64,000 nt of DNA from Blepharisma stoltei ATCC 30299 (Eukaryota; Protista; Ciliophora), in the NCBI GenBank assembly GCA_965603825.1, contig CBFDEM010000035.1, forward strand, positions 310,001 to 374,000, written 5' to 3'. The translations under genes and the position numbers were made by a program. Under the pieces are notes generated by a model. It saw only the letters and a list, made by a program, of their open reading frames with translations. It was not told where the DNA came from and did not search any database. Shown here in pieces: positions 37,518-50,908 of this stretch (positions are counted from its first letter, which is position 1; each line of letters opens with the position of its first letter).

Positions 37518-38361
37518 TGTTTATTTATTATAGGATTGCATCATAAATTATTTTCTAAGTAAATTATGAGAAATAGGCTATTTTAGATGCTAATGCCAAT
37601 TGTTTCTATATTTCTTAAAAACATTCAAATCACTTTTGATGAAGGTTTCTTAAGGCAAAACCCAAAATATTACAATTAATAGAATTATGATAATTAAGAC
37701 ATTTAGAAAATCTAATAAAAAGGAATTTAATTATAATTATTTTAATTTACAAAAAAGATATATAAATTACTTATTCTATCCTTATATCTTCATAAGCGCA
37801 TTAACTAAGAAGAAGAGCTCTGCGGTTTTATTATTTGATCTTGAGCAAGCTATTTAAAATAAAAGGAATTTAAAAAAGAAATTTTCGAATTTCTTATCTT
37901 AAATGCAGGTAAAAGTATATTAAAAAGGTTCTGCTTCAGGAAGATAACTCATAGTTATCATTTTATTCATAAAAAGTTTGCTTATAAGAAGCATAGAAAC
38001 CCCAAATGATAACTTTTCTATTTTAAGTAATCCGATCAAATAAATTTTTCATAACTATAATTTTATATATTATCTTTTCAAACAATAATGAAAATAATTT
38101 TAGTGAAGCCTAAAGGCATTCTAATTCTTAAACAGTCCAAAAATTAATCGCTTATTAAGCTAGATGAATTATATATTGTATTTCAAAAAAATCTAAAGCC
38201 TTCAGTTCTCAAAATTGCTTTCAAATTGAATTAGTTTCTCTTGCAAACTAATAGTTAAATATTCCTTTTAGTTAGTTTTTCATAATAAAATTAAGAAGGT
38301 TTAAATCTATGCTTTGCATTAATTTAAAAATACATTTTTATAGAGTTGAATAATAATAATA

Positions 38362-39636
38362 ATGGATGAGCTTGTGACTTGTTCAATTAATTGCCAAAAT
38401 AAACCAATTTTTGTATGTGACTGCTCGGACAAAAATGTGTTTTTATGCTTAAATCATGTTGTAGCGCATGGAGAATCCGATGGAAAGCATCATTTCACAC
38501 GAATCATGAAATCTCCTGATCCTAAGACTATAATTATTATATTTGAGTTTATAAAAGGCTTAAAGTTACGAGCAAAGCAGGATCGTTGGAAGATTGTCAA
38601 AGAATCATCAGCATTAATAAAACAAATAAATGAAACAACCGAGAAAGCATTAGAAAAGATTTTTCTTATAGAGAAAAAATTAGATGAATATGTATATTTA
38701 TGTGAGACCTTAGAAGAGGTCAATAATTTAAACAGCAATAGCTTTATTGAATCGGCATTAAAATTATCTCCTGAAAGTGCAGCAAAAATAAAATGCCAAG
38801 AAGATATAATTAAGATTAACAATTCAAGCTTGAAAAAAAGACTGAAAAACTTATTTACTGTTAAAGATCCAAAAAGTTTATTTGATATTGATAATTTTGA
38901 AGCTTCAACGCCTAAAAAAGTAGGGCCGATTATTAAATACTTTAAAAGTCAGACTCTATTTGCAGTTGATGTTATATCACTAAACTCAGCATCGCAAAAC
39001 ATCAATAAAAATTTTATACAATGAGACCCAACTTGCTTGCTAAACGATGGTTCTGTGTTTTGCTGCTTTCAGTCAGAGACTTTTATTATAGATCCAAATA
39101 ATTCAATAATTGCTTTGGATTCTTCTCGATACAGTTATAATTCTGGACTTATTGCGGTTGATGATTTTGTTTATATGTTTGGAGGAGATGGAAACGCTTC
39201 ATTAAAATTTTCATTAAAATCGAAGAATTGAACAGAACTTTCGCTTTTTCCAGGATCAATGGTGAATAATACTTGCACTTTTATTAACTGGGTGATCTTA
39301 ATTTTAGGTTTTACTTCTCCTGATATATTATGCTACAATATTTTAAATAATTCATATTCATATGCTCCAATTACATTAAACTCAAATGCAGGGAAGATTT
39401 GCTTAACCGCTAAAAGCAAGGTCTATATAATTAGCAATAGAAGCTGCTATGAAAGTGGCTTAAATGATATAAATACATGAGCATCAATCGGAACTACAAA
39501 TGTGTTTGAGGAATATCATGGTCGCCACTCATACTCTCTGCTCTATGAAGATAGCTTTTACTTTATTACCACAGATTATGGATTTATTCAATTCGATTTG
39601 TCAACAAAACAATTAAAGCGTCTTAAGACCTTATAA
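38362..39636 (+). CDS. B-box-like Zn finger + coiled coil + kelch-like protein
   Basis: CSINC..FVCDC..FLCLNH...H; coiled coil; CLLNDGSVFC, FVYMFGG, W(TGA)TELS, FIQFDL; TAA 39634-39636. Confidence 0.85.
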
Positions 39637-39897
39637 TTTAATTTTAAACGGCTTTCTTGTAAGAATTAAGAAATCATTTCTAAACTAAAATTAATATTTA
39701 CTAAAAAAGTATAATCAAAAAATAGATTCTCTATCAAAACATTAAGGATAGCAAAAAAGAAACTGTTGGATTTGTCTCATAATAATTAAATGTGACATAT
39801 GTAAAATTTCGCTTAGTTTATTAATAATTTTCGCAAAAACTATCAAAATTAAAGATTGATAAATCGTGCATCACTTATAAGAGAAAAAATATTATTT

Positions 39898-40797
39898 TTA
39901 TAAATTGTTAGCTATGCTTCTTTGGAGTTCGGTTATAACCTTTTTATCCAAACTAAATCTATAGTATAAATTGTAATAAAATGTGCCAATTCCAATATAT
40001 ATTTCTCCTTTATTATATAAACAATAAGCTTGATCTGGATTAGGATTGGGAATAAAATTCGCTATTTGCTTTCAAGAATACTCATCTTCACTTTCATATA
40101 TCATCCCTTGGCACTCAACCAGATACAGTCTCTCTCCATTTATCAGGATCTTTCTTTTCCACTCTGCAAAATCATAAGAAATTTTGGAGAAGGAATCAAT
40201 ACTTGTTGAATATTGCCAAATATTTTTATTTTTTCATCCAGAAATCAAAATATTCCTATTAAATAACACACTATTACATGCGCAGTCAGCTTCAGGCATT
40301 GGTGCTAATTTAAATCATCGATTTTGATCTAAATCAAACTTACTGGAGAGATTTAAAAAACTATTTTCATCTTCTCCTCCAAAGCAATAAACATTTTTGT
40401 TAAAATAAATAGCTGATGAGCAGTGGCAGGCCTCTCCAGATGGCAACTTTTGCAATTCATAATTTTCATCAATTATTAAGGTAATTCTAGAGTCATAATA
40501 GCTGCCAAAGCAAAACAACTTGCAGTTTGGAAGCTGGGCTATGCATGTACCCAAATCTAATTCTTTAGTCTCTAATACTTTCAGTTCTTCTCTTTCACAT
40601 TTAGAATCATATATGGACAAATTAGCTCAATTGTTATGGCCTTTCCTAATGAGATAAAGAAAAGTGTCTTTATGGGCAACTTCTTGATAAGATTGATCCG
40701 GCACTGGATTAGAGACCAAGCTTCTATGCAGTAAGGAAGCTTTCTTTGAATTTCACTCTATTTCTGGGTAATTAACTCTACTTAAAAGCACAGACAT
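39898..40797 (-). CDS. Kelch-like protein (possibly 5'-truncated)
   Basis: GTCIAQLPNCKLFCFG, SSAIYFNKNVYCFGG, KFDLDQNRW(TGA)FKLAPMP, NILISG; open from ATG 40797 to TAA 39898; the upstream frame is blocked by stops. Confidence 0.8.
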
Positions 40798-41526
40798 TTG
40801 AGTTGAAATTCTTTAGAATTTAATGATTTATATATAACACTATTGAGGCTTGCATGACTCGTGGAGTATATCCAGACTTACACATTTTAAAGCATTTAGC
40901 TAAAAATTTAGTCTCGAATTTAAAATGTTTATTGAGCAGTTATTGTGATCCTTGCTCATCTTAAGGATATGCTATAAATTCAATCTGAATGTAAATTTCC
41001 ATAATAAGCTTGTGCAATTTATTCGAAGCGCTATTTAGTTTTGATAAAGTTATTTTTTTGAGTTCTTCTGGCGCATATTATTTCGCAAGCTACTCCAGCT
41101 GTTTTCCTCTTAAATTTATTTTCTTGCCCTCCTTCATCTTCTTCTCCAACTCTTTAGACCTTCCAAATTTCTTGCTTTTTTATTTCATTCATCCTTTAAT
41201 TTCTTCTCGTAATGCGTGAGCTCATACAATGATCAGTGTGAGACTTTGCCATTATAAAAATGAATTTTCTGGAGACATGCTATCAACTTCAGATGTGGAG
41301 AATGGGACTTTGGTATGTTGCCTAATGAAACTGTGTGGTCTAAAGTTGAAAAACAGCTTTTAAAAAATCTAAGAACTTGATGCCAGTGCATTAGCCGATC
41401 GAAGCCAAGTGGTGCCCGATAGACTGGTGTGTTTGGGTTAAACGTTTCAAATAGTAGCTTGATTTACTGGCTAATTAATATTAATAAACAAATAAAAAGA
41501 ACTGATAAGGTGTCAAAATTTATAAT

Positions 41527-42565
41527 ATGGGAAATCAACTTAGATTGCTTGATTTTAAACTAAGTTCAACTAAAGAGGCCTTAAATCATGAATTAAAGAG
41601 CAATCTTGCTGGGCCCAATCAAAATTCTAAGAATTGATTATTAAGCTATGAACAGCTTTGAGCCAAGAGATCTGCGCTTTTAAGCAGGCCTAATGATCAT
41701 AATACAGAAGATGATTTTCGAAGAACTTGCTTATCTTACAAAAAAATTCTATTTCAAGTCCACAATTAAAAGAAGCTTATCATGGCTACGTTAATGCTTA
41801 TCATAAAATTTCATCTCTTTACCTTATTAAAAAGGATGTTAAAGGTAGGAAGAATTTGATTATCTATGATACTGAAAATGAAAAAGAGCATATTAAAGTG
41901 TTGGAAACTCTAGAACTATTGGACTGTGGAACGTGCATTACTCAGCTTCCAAACGATGAATTGTTCTGCTATAGTAATTGAGATTCATCTGGGACTACTT
42001 TAATAATAGAAGTGATTATGGAATTCGAAAGCTGCCATCTGGAGCCCTTTGTTCCAAATCATCAGCTATCTATTTCGAAAGAAACATTTATTGCTTTGGA
42101 GGAGAATATGCGTCTGAGGAATTAACTTTGTCTTGGAAATTTGATTTGGATAAAAATCGGTGAATGAAGTTAACTCAAATGCCAAAAGCAGATTATCACT
42201 GCCAAAGCGTTATATTTAACGGCGATATTTTGATTTCTGGGTATGAAATCAGACATCTTTTACGGTATTCAATTGATATTGACTCATTCTCTATAATTCC
42301 TTATCACTTCGAAAAACGTACAAAAAAGATCCTAATAAATGCAGAGAACCTATATGTAATTGAGTGTAAGTACCAGTGATTTATCTATGAAAGCAAAGCA
42401 AAGGATGTGTATGGCCTTTGGGGAGTAGTAGCAAATTGAGTGATAAACATTTGGCCATCTCAGGTGTACTGTACATATAATAAAGGAGCAATCTATATTA
42501 TAACAGACGAGAAGCAAAGATACTGTAAGTTTGATTTACGCAAAATGAAAATTTCCTCATTTTAA
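41527..42565 (+). pseudogene. Kelch-like paralog with two frameshifts
   Basis: Divergently oriented homolog of 39898-40797 (GTCITQLPNDELFC, SSAIYFERNIYCFGG, KFDLDKNRW). Frame changes near 41720 and 42010, and no GT..AG mini-intron explains them. Confidence 0.7.
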
Positions 42566-42646
42566 TAAATTAATACAAATAGTAATGCAGTAAAAAAAGA
42601 AAAAAATAGCTTTATGCTAATAATATGCGATCCAAAATCATAATCA

Positions 42647-43236
42647 ATGAAACGAAACTTAGCAAACCCTCATCCAGCGCACTCAATTAAATGTCAAAAA
42701 GCTTAATTATTCTCAAAAAACGTTTCCAAAAGATCTACAGTCTTAAAAAGAGATATGGCTGAAGAATTAAAACAAGATTCTAGAAAAATGAATTCACTAT
42801 GTAAGATTCCTGCTTTTCATCTCCCAATCAGCCAATATTATCAAGATAATAGCTGCTACTATCAAAGCAAACTTTTTCATCTTATTGATAAAGATGATTA
42901 TGACTGAACTGACTGGGTTATTTTTGATACTGAAAGCGGAAGAGAGCAATTAAAAGCACCAGATGCTCTGCAATTATTAGACTGAGGTGCATGCATAACC
43001 CAGCTTCCAAATGGCGAATTATTCTGTTTTGGAAGATATATCCTCCATCAGATTTTCTCTTATTATTAACAGGTATTATGAAGCTAGGGTGCTAACATCT
43101 AGAACATCTTGTTGATATTTCTCAGCTATATATTTCAAAGGGCTGTCTATTGTCTTGGAGGATGAAATAACTCTTATGCCTTGTTGCTATCGGATAAATT
43201 TGATTTTATTAGAAATAAATGAGTTAAACTAGTTTA
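42647..43236 (+). pseudogene. Degenerate, 3'-truncated kelch-like paralog
   Basis: DTESGREQLK..LLDW(TGA)GACITQLPNGELFCFG..SAIYFKG..KFDFIRNKW(TGA)VKLV* with stops and frameshifts. Confidence 0.7.
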
Positions 43237-43772
43237 ATTTTAAACTAAAATATCACCGGATTGCAGCAAATTTAATTTGCAAAACAATTAGATTTTGCAT
43301 ATCTTAAATTAGCTCTAATTTCTTTCATATTGGCTTTATTATAACTTTACAATAGTGACTAATAGTAATATTTTTACATCTTATTGCAATGCTACTAGCG
43401 TCACAATGCGATATACATCAGTCCTAATATAAAAAATATAAAAGGAATTAATATTTTGTGCTAACACATCAATTAAATGAAAATTAATTTTCTCAAATAT
43501 AACAGGAACTCAAAATATTAAAATGAACTTAATTCTCCCCAATATATCTCAATAATATACAACATAATTGCTCAATCAAAAGTATGCAAGTCAATCGTTA
43601 TATCTTCAAGATCTAACAGAAAATACTGCAAACAAATCAAAGCTATATATATTCACTTAAATTTACAAACTAATGATATAGCCTTCTATTGCGAGGTTTT
43701 AACTATGAAAAGTCTTAACAATCTAGTAACATTGGGACTTTTTTAATTCTTAGTTCTATTACAGATTAAATA

Positions 43773-46700
43773 ATGGCTTTGCTTTTGCTCTTGATTATTC
43801 AAATACAATATCTGTTGCATACGTCACTCGCATACAATATCGATATACTAATATCAAAATCAACAAACCCTGACTTGGCAACATATCTATGGAGCTCTAT
43901 AAATAAGAAGTTTCAGAATAATTTTACAGTAAGTTTATCAAGTGTTGAAAGCTGCAATTTTCAATCTGATTGCATACATTTGCCTAGTATTGCGATTGAT
44001 GCAACCTTCAATACTTTTTACTCATTTCAACTTAAGCAATCTTCGGAAACCCAGCATTTCCTCTATATAAGTTTGAGGGAGCCTACGGGTAGCTATGGAA
44101 AATATGAATTTTCAGTCATATTTCTTTTGATTTTCGTTATCAAGCTTTAAAGCAACTGGTAAGTTACTTCAATTGAGAAACCTTTCTGATCATATCAAAT
44201 AGTGCTGCAGATCAAATTCCAATCCTATTTAAGAGTGAAGGCAAAGGATTAACTATTTTCTCTGCAGATAATGAAACGCAAGACACTTATGATTTATTAA
44301 TCGGAAGAGAAGTGAAATCATTGGGAATCGGAAATGTAATTATTCTCAATGATGGCAGAAGCGCTCCAATGCTGGTAAAAAGTTTGGAATCAAAGATGAT
44401 GATGCGAGAGGGATATGGAGTTATCTTGGGACCAAATAGTGTGTGAGGCCAGTTTAGCAGTGATGGACTAGTGATTTACACAGAAGAGGGTCTTGAAAGT
44501 TCAGATAACTACAGCCAATATGAATATTTGGCTATCGAAAAGCTATTAGGATTGATTTTGCAAGTACAAGATTATACAACCGAAGAAATAATGAATCTCC
44601 TTGAAGAAAATACACTTAATCATCATCCTTTGCCTGCATTTTCTATCGTTAATACTCAGAATGGAAAAAAGACCAAGGTTGGAGAAATTAGTAATGGTAT
44701 AATTTCCATATCAAGTCCTTTTATTTTCCCTGGCAACTCATCTGTCATTCCAAATCTACCAAAAGCAAGCATAACTATTTCTCTTGCTGACGGAGTAACG
44801 GATCCAGGAAGTCCTGATTTCACATACTTGGCTTTAATCAGGCAGGGAAATTATTTTGCTTTCAGAGTTGCCTATCAGTCTAACCTCTTACAAAATTTCA
44901 ATGTGAGAATACAGTCCACAGACTGTGGAGCTACTGTGTATAATCCTAGCTTCTCAAGGGCATGCTTTAGCAAGCTCAAAGATAAAATGGGAGTCGTTCA
45001 CTTATCATCTTTAACTGATAGTATCTGCTATGGAGATATTTTTGATTTCCGGGCTCTTGGAATTAACGTTCCGTTAGTCTCTGATGGATGCGCTATGTCA
45101 ATGTTTGTGAATAAGTCGACATTTCCTGAGTTTATGACAGTTCTGAAAGAGATAGCTTATACCGCAGGCATTCTTCCTGAGATCGCCAATATTTTTGGCT
45201 GGAAGAATGTGGTGGTGATTCAAAGACCTGAGTGAGCACAAAATGCATATAATGTTGTGGTAAATCAATGCTCGAGCTTGCATATTAATATAGTCAATAA
45301 CCAGTCTTATTATTTTAGCGGCACTTATACAATTGATCAAGTAGATGCTTATGGAGACTTATTTTCAGACATCATTAACTCGAAATGCCGAGTCGTGATT
45401 GCTTTGGTCGATCCTTATTCGTTTGGTAGTATTCTCATCACGCTTTATGACTTAGGGATGAGGAAAGGTGATTTGTTCTTTTTACAGCCATATAGGATCT
45501 CAGTTACAGACATTGTCGTCGGATATCCTGGATATGGAGATAAACTGGTTGAACTGTTTCAGAGGTCTTTAACTGTTCACACAGCTGAATGAATTGGAAA
45601 CTATGGACAAACAATGAAAACCCAAGTAGAGCAAGCTGTTCATTGGTCAAACTTTCTTGGCTTTTCTTTTGACCAAACAATGCTTGCTTTGCATGGCCTT
45701 GATTACAGCATTATTAAAGGGGATAATCTTGAAAACTTCACAGCTGTGAATGAGAATATACGAAAGCAGAAGTTTGTAGGAGTTACTGGGACAGTTTCAA
45801 TAGAGCCAAGCAGCAACAGTAGAAGCAATTTTTATCTGAACATTTTCAGTGTCCTGCCTGCTTCAAATAGTTCTGAAAAAGGAGATGAAATTGTTGGGAA
45901 TTATAGTATTACAGGCATCCAGAGATTTCTTTTTAGCAAAATTATAATGCCGGATGGCACAACTAAAATTCCAAGCGATATGAGAATAAACCCAATAGAC
46001 TGTCCTTTTGATTACAGACTGGTACAAGACTCTTCTAATGGCAAAATGATATTCCTTGCTATAGTAGCTTTTTTCATAATCCTCGAAATCTTTCTGGTGA
46101 TTTTTCAGCTTAGAAGATGAAAATTGGGAAAGATAGAGGACCTAAAAGAACCGAAATTGATGAAGTTTGGAGACCTGCTGATGATGATAATCCTTTGAGT
46201 AGAAACTCTTGAGCTAATCTCAATTGGCCCAGATATGAGAGCTTATAGTAGAATAATTTTCAGGCCAATTGCTTTATTTTCTCCAGATTGAAGTGGGCCG
46301 TTGGATAACACTAGAGATCATTTTTGAATTGAAATTTATATAGTTATCTCCTTGATAAGCTTTATGGTTTGCTCAGCAATTATAATACAGAAAAGACTAA
46401 GCAAAAAATATTCTCATCATTTATTTGAGCTAGCCGAACTTGTATCAGAGATAGGGGTTATTCTTCTCTGCAGTATTGCATATATCCCATTATCGTCTAT
46501 TCTTTTATCAGTATTTTTATGCAAGGAAAGCACAGGGGATTCAATTACAGACAGTTTTGTATGTAACGATTGCTATACATATTGCTGATCTGGGTTTCAT
46601 TTCAGCATTTCTTTGCTCTGCTTCGCTGTTTTAATTATGTACTTAAGTTTAGTGATTTACTTCCAGCCTTCATGGCAGCTTTTCCACCCTATATTTAACG

Positions 46701-47290
46701 TTGTCATAAATCCGAAAACTGCAGTATATAAATCTGCTGCATATTTTATCATGATTGGGATCAATAAAAATATTCATTTGGTCAGTGAAGCTCTGCAAGG
46801 GCTGGTTTACTCTATTGCATTGCTAGCCCTCGCTTTTATATATTGGAAAATAAGGATTTACAATTATCCACGTATGAACATGTGGGCTATTTTCTCACTT
46901 TTAGCTGTAATTTGAAGCAATTTGGTTTTTAGTATACATTCTATATTGGATAGGGGAAATAATGTATTTTGGGAGTTTGGTCTAGCGGCAGGATGAGGCA
47001 TTTTGGTTGTCGCTGGCATGATACTGCAAAACTTTAAGTTTCCAAGCCTTTTGATGACTGACAAAGGCATTGAACTCGGGGTTTTGTTTAAATTCAGCAT
47101 GGGAAGTAAAGTTTGTGCTGTAGAAATCAATGAATTAAAGAAACAACCTAAATTTCACCGTCATATGCAGAAACATATCTCATATGCTGAAGACCAGAAT
47201 TTAATCAATTCAAAAATATCATCAGAAAGAGTTGAAATAAATTCACAAAACAATTCCATTCCCCCGAAGTGCTGGGAAGTCCCCAATTAG
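43773..47290 (+). CDS. Secreted-type receptor: two ANF-receptor/Venus-flytrap-like domains + ~9 TM helices; one frameshift near 44110
   Basis: Signal peptide; ALKQLVSYFNW(TGA)ETFLII; STDCG..NKSTFPEF..IFGWKNVVVI..DIINSKCRVVI..IRKQKFVGVTGTVSI; multiple hydrophobic helices 46040-47030. 44114-47290 is one frame; 43773-44110 is another. Confidence 0.75.
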
Positions 47291-47537
47291 AATTTTTGTT
47301 AATTATAATAAACGAATATAGTCAGAGCATATCTATCTGACGTCTTAAATAATATTTTAAAATTATTTTTGCATCATAGTTCATTTATTTCTAAAAAATC
47401 AAAATTCTTCTGCTATTTATCCAAAATTTCCTTGCCTTTCTTTAACTTTCACAAAGGATAAATTGTGAAGTAAGTGTTCGATATGTCCATTTTCTAAAAT
47501 TGGTGAAGAAAATAGTCTTTCCAAAATAGGCGAATAA

Positions 47538-48527
47538 ATGTTATTCTTTTGGTCCATTATATACTTGCTAGGAATAGCCTATGCAAGTCCATCCTGCTAT
47601 GCGGTCTCTTTGGAAGCTGGAGGGACTCATGGAGCATTTGAGGCTGGAAGCCTTTGGCAGCTTGCTAATACACCCACCGTTAATTCTGCTTATAATGTTG
47701 TAATAGGAATTTCAACTGGGTCCTTAAATGCTGGAGGTGTCGCTCAATTTGCCCAAGGTAACGAAAAAGCTATGGGAGATTTTGTAGTCAATACATGGCT
47801 TACTCTAAATGGATCGCAAAGTACTTTTGTAGAGTGGCCAGGTGGGCTTATTGAGGGTCTTCTCTTCCAAAGAGGACTGCTTGATAATAAGCCTATGGCA
47901 GAAACTCTTCAGAAAAGATACACTTATGGGATAAATAGAAACATCACAATTGGTTCGACAGACTTAGATACTGGTCTTTTCGCACAATTTAACGAAAGTT
48001 TGGGCTCACAAGGAGTTTTGACAGCAATAACCTGTTCAGCATGCCCTGCATTCTTTTTCCCTCCCACTAACTATTTGGGTGCAACATGGATTGATGGAGG
48101 TACTGTTATTCTTCTCGATTCCTATGCAGCAGTTGATAGGTGTCTTGATGTCGTTGCAGAGCAGTCTCAAGTAACTGTCGACATAATTTTTACTGGGCCT
48201 TATTATGCTCTTCCAGCCGAAACCAAAATGACAACAATTGATGTCTATAAACGCGTGACAGAGATCGCTTACTATGATGCAAAGATGAAAAATTACTATA
48301 ACGCTCTCACAGCGTGGCCTGAGGTTAATTTTCGGTATGCTATTTTCCCTAGCGTTCAGATGCCAGGAGGATTTATAGAGCCTCTTAATTTTAATCAAAC
48401 AGTTCTTGAATGGGAGGTTCAGCTTGGCAAAAATGATACAGCTAATATTATCGCAAAAGGCGTCAGTGGTCGGGCTGTTTTGACTCAAATGTATGAGGAA
48501 AACAAGAAAAATATAATTTATCCTTAA
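47538..48527 (+). CDS. Secreted patatin-like phospholipase
   Basis: Signal peptide; EAGGTHGAFEAG, GISTG nucleophile elbow, SACP..FP, WIDGG. Confidence 0.92.
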   Translation: MLFFWSIIYLLGIAYASPSCYAVSLEAGGTHGAFEAGSLWQLANTPTVNSAYNVVIGISTGSLNAGGVAQFAQGNEKAMGDFVVNTWLTLNGSQSTFVEWPGGLIEGLLFQRGLLDNKPMAETLQKRYTYGINRNITIGSTDLDTGLFAQFNESLGSQGVLTAITCSACPAFFFPPTNYLGATWIDGGTVILLDSYAAVDRCLDVVAEQSQVTVDIIFTGPYYALPAETKMTTIDVYKRVTEIAYYDAKMKNYYNALTAWPEVNFRYAIFPSVQMPGGFIEPLNFNQTVLEWEVQLGKNDTANIIAKGVSGRAVLTQMYEENKKNIIYP

Positions 48528-49585
48528 AAATGGATTAAGAGAAAATTTAGATAATTTAATATTATCAAGCTAATGTAGAAATAAAGACTTATTATTTAAT
48601 TATGATAAAAAAATATATATAAAATAAGCTTAAGAAATTCAACATAATTATAGATAGGATTGGAAAATTACTCTTCATGTGCTTATAGCTACAAGAAAAT
48701 TTAGGCATCTTCAAATAGAACTACTAGTTTTTGTAAATAAGATGAATGTCCTGATATAAAAAAAGAAAGAAATATCAGTAAAAACGCCGTAAAAATTGAC
48801 TTATATTGAATTAAAATAATTAAAGATCTCCCCTTAATTGTCTTTGCTTAGTACACTATCGACCAGAGCCACCTGCTTGCCTCAAGAAAATTCACATTAT
48901 ATTTGGAGCAGTGGACTCTAAGTATAAAGCTTGGGCTATGACCCTAAGTATCTCGGCAGATCAATAAGCTCTTATGTCATTTCACTATAAGATGATGTGG
49001 TTACCGGTTAGCGGTGCTTCTTCAGCTCGCAACGAGGAGCTGTGGTACATAGGGAAATTAACCGTACTCTCCGTAAAGGTAGAGATATAGCTGTTGCCAA
49101 AAAACCATCTGAATTGCTCATTAAATTAAATAAGCTGACCCTCAAGATCTGCACAACCAATACTGTCGATCTACGCAGGCTAAGGGTTAGAATTAAAGAT
49201 TTCGAACCTTTATTTTAGCTATAAAATAATTTTTGTAACCACAAAGGAGCGTCGCCGTCAATGGACATATTTAGTCTAAGCATTATTAATTAATTCACTG
49301 ATTTCAGAGTTCATCAATATGAATCAAATATTAATTATCATTGATTTACCAGATAATTTTTAACCTAACACTATTAGTTTAAACAGCATTAATTTATTCA
49401 CTTTTACGTATACTTTGCCCAAAAAAAAGCCTTAACAAAACTAGTTCCAATCCTATTGTCTGAGGGTTCGGTTTCTAATCTTTTATCTATAAAGCAAGTT
49501 TCTTAATATAAATTATAATTGAGACCTCAAATCTTGTTTAATTAGCTATTTTAGATATATTAATTAATTAATTATTAGCCATGAG

Positions 49586-50713
49586 CTATATACAAGCATC
49601 TAGTGAGTCAACTTCAACCCTTCCTTCTTCCATTTTCTTTTTCTTCAAATCAAATTTAAAGCAAGAAACTGTATCGATGCCAAATAAGACTCCGTAAAGG
49701 CAGCTATCGCACTGCTTTGCGTGAATAAAGCCATATTCCTCACCTAGCTTAATGTCTCCAATTTTATTCCAGTTGTACTCGTTTCCGATTTCACTTTCCA
49801 TGACTTTCCCATCTATCTCGATTAGATAAACTCTTAAATTAAAAGTAGCCAGCAGTTTAAGTCTGCATTCGGTAACGCTGACGAAAGGAAGTTCTGAGTA
49901 ACTTTCAATTTTCCTATCAAACTTATATAGTTTTTTGAAAAAAAATCCGCAGATCAAGATATTTTCTTGGAAAACAAGACAGGAGCAACCAAAAGACGGG
50001 ACTGGAATTGGAGTCAGTCTAATCCAGTGATTAGTTGCTAAGTCAAATTTATAAGCAATATCCAGTATTTGGAGTTCAAACATCCCACCAAAAATGAAAA
50101 TGCAATTTTGATAGTAAACTCCAACACACCATGAGGCGTTAGGCCCATTTGGCAGCCTTCTTTTGATACTAAGCGTTTTTAGATCAAATATATAAGCTTT
50201 TGCAGATGAAAACTCCCAACATCCAAAAGAAAAAAGCTCTCAGTTTGGAAGTTGGACAAGACAGGCTTTATCAAAAGACTCTGGAACTTTTATTTCAGCC
50301 TGACTTAGCCTAGAGTTCTTTATGTCATAAACCATCACACCAGTCTTGCTTGGCGCTCCGCAAGTAGAATACATGAACTTGGACTCGAAATTTAACTGTT
50401 CAGCAAAAATCTTAAGGCTGGTTTTAATAGAGTTCCAAGCGTCAATGTATTTTGAATAAGCAGTCATGAATTCAGAGCTGATTTCACTTAAAAATTTGCG
50501 TTCTTCAGGAGATATTTCGATAAGTGAGATATTCTCAAACTCTTTTTCAAGACTGATTCTTGTTAGTTCATAATTTGATAGTTCACCTGACAAATATTTT
50601 TTCTGTTGCTCTTGAAGATATTTTTCAAGTGAGGATAACTCCAATATCTTTTTATTTAACTCCTGGGTTAGTATTTTGCTTCTTTTTTGTGCACTTCTCT
50701 TGATAGGTTCCAT
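49586..50713 (-). CDS. Coiled-coil + kelch-like protein
   Basis: CLVQLPNW(TGA)ELFSFG, YYQNCIFIFGG, YKFDLATNHWIRL, CSCLVF..ILICGF; one frame. Confidence 0.87.
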
Positions 50714-50908
50714 GTTTTAATATTCATAACTTATGGATGAATTAGACCAATTTATGTTAACAAGCATTATTTTATTCTTAAAATGATTAGTTATTATTAA
50801 ATAAAACAGAGCTCGAAGACCTAGAAAAAAGAAGAATTCTACAGTTATGACTAAACTGATTACAGTAATTCATTTTGATGATATGCTCAAGAAGTTTATT
50901 AGAAGTAA

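Noticed and set aside
49355-49372. cctaaca as a telomere-repeat (CCCTAACA-like) seed
   Set aside because: Single imperfect copy, expected by chance.
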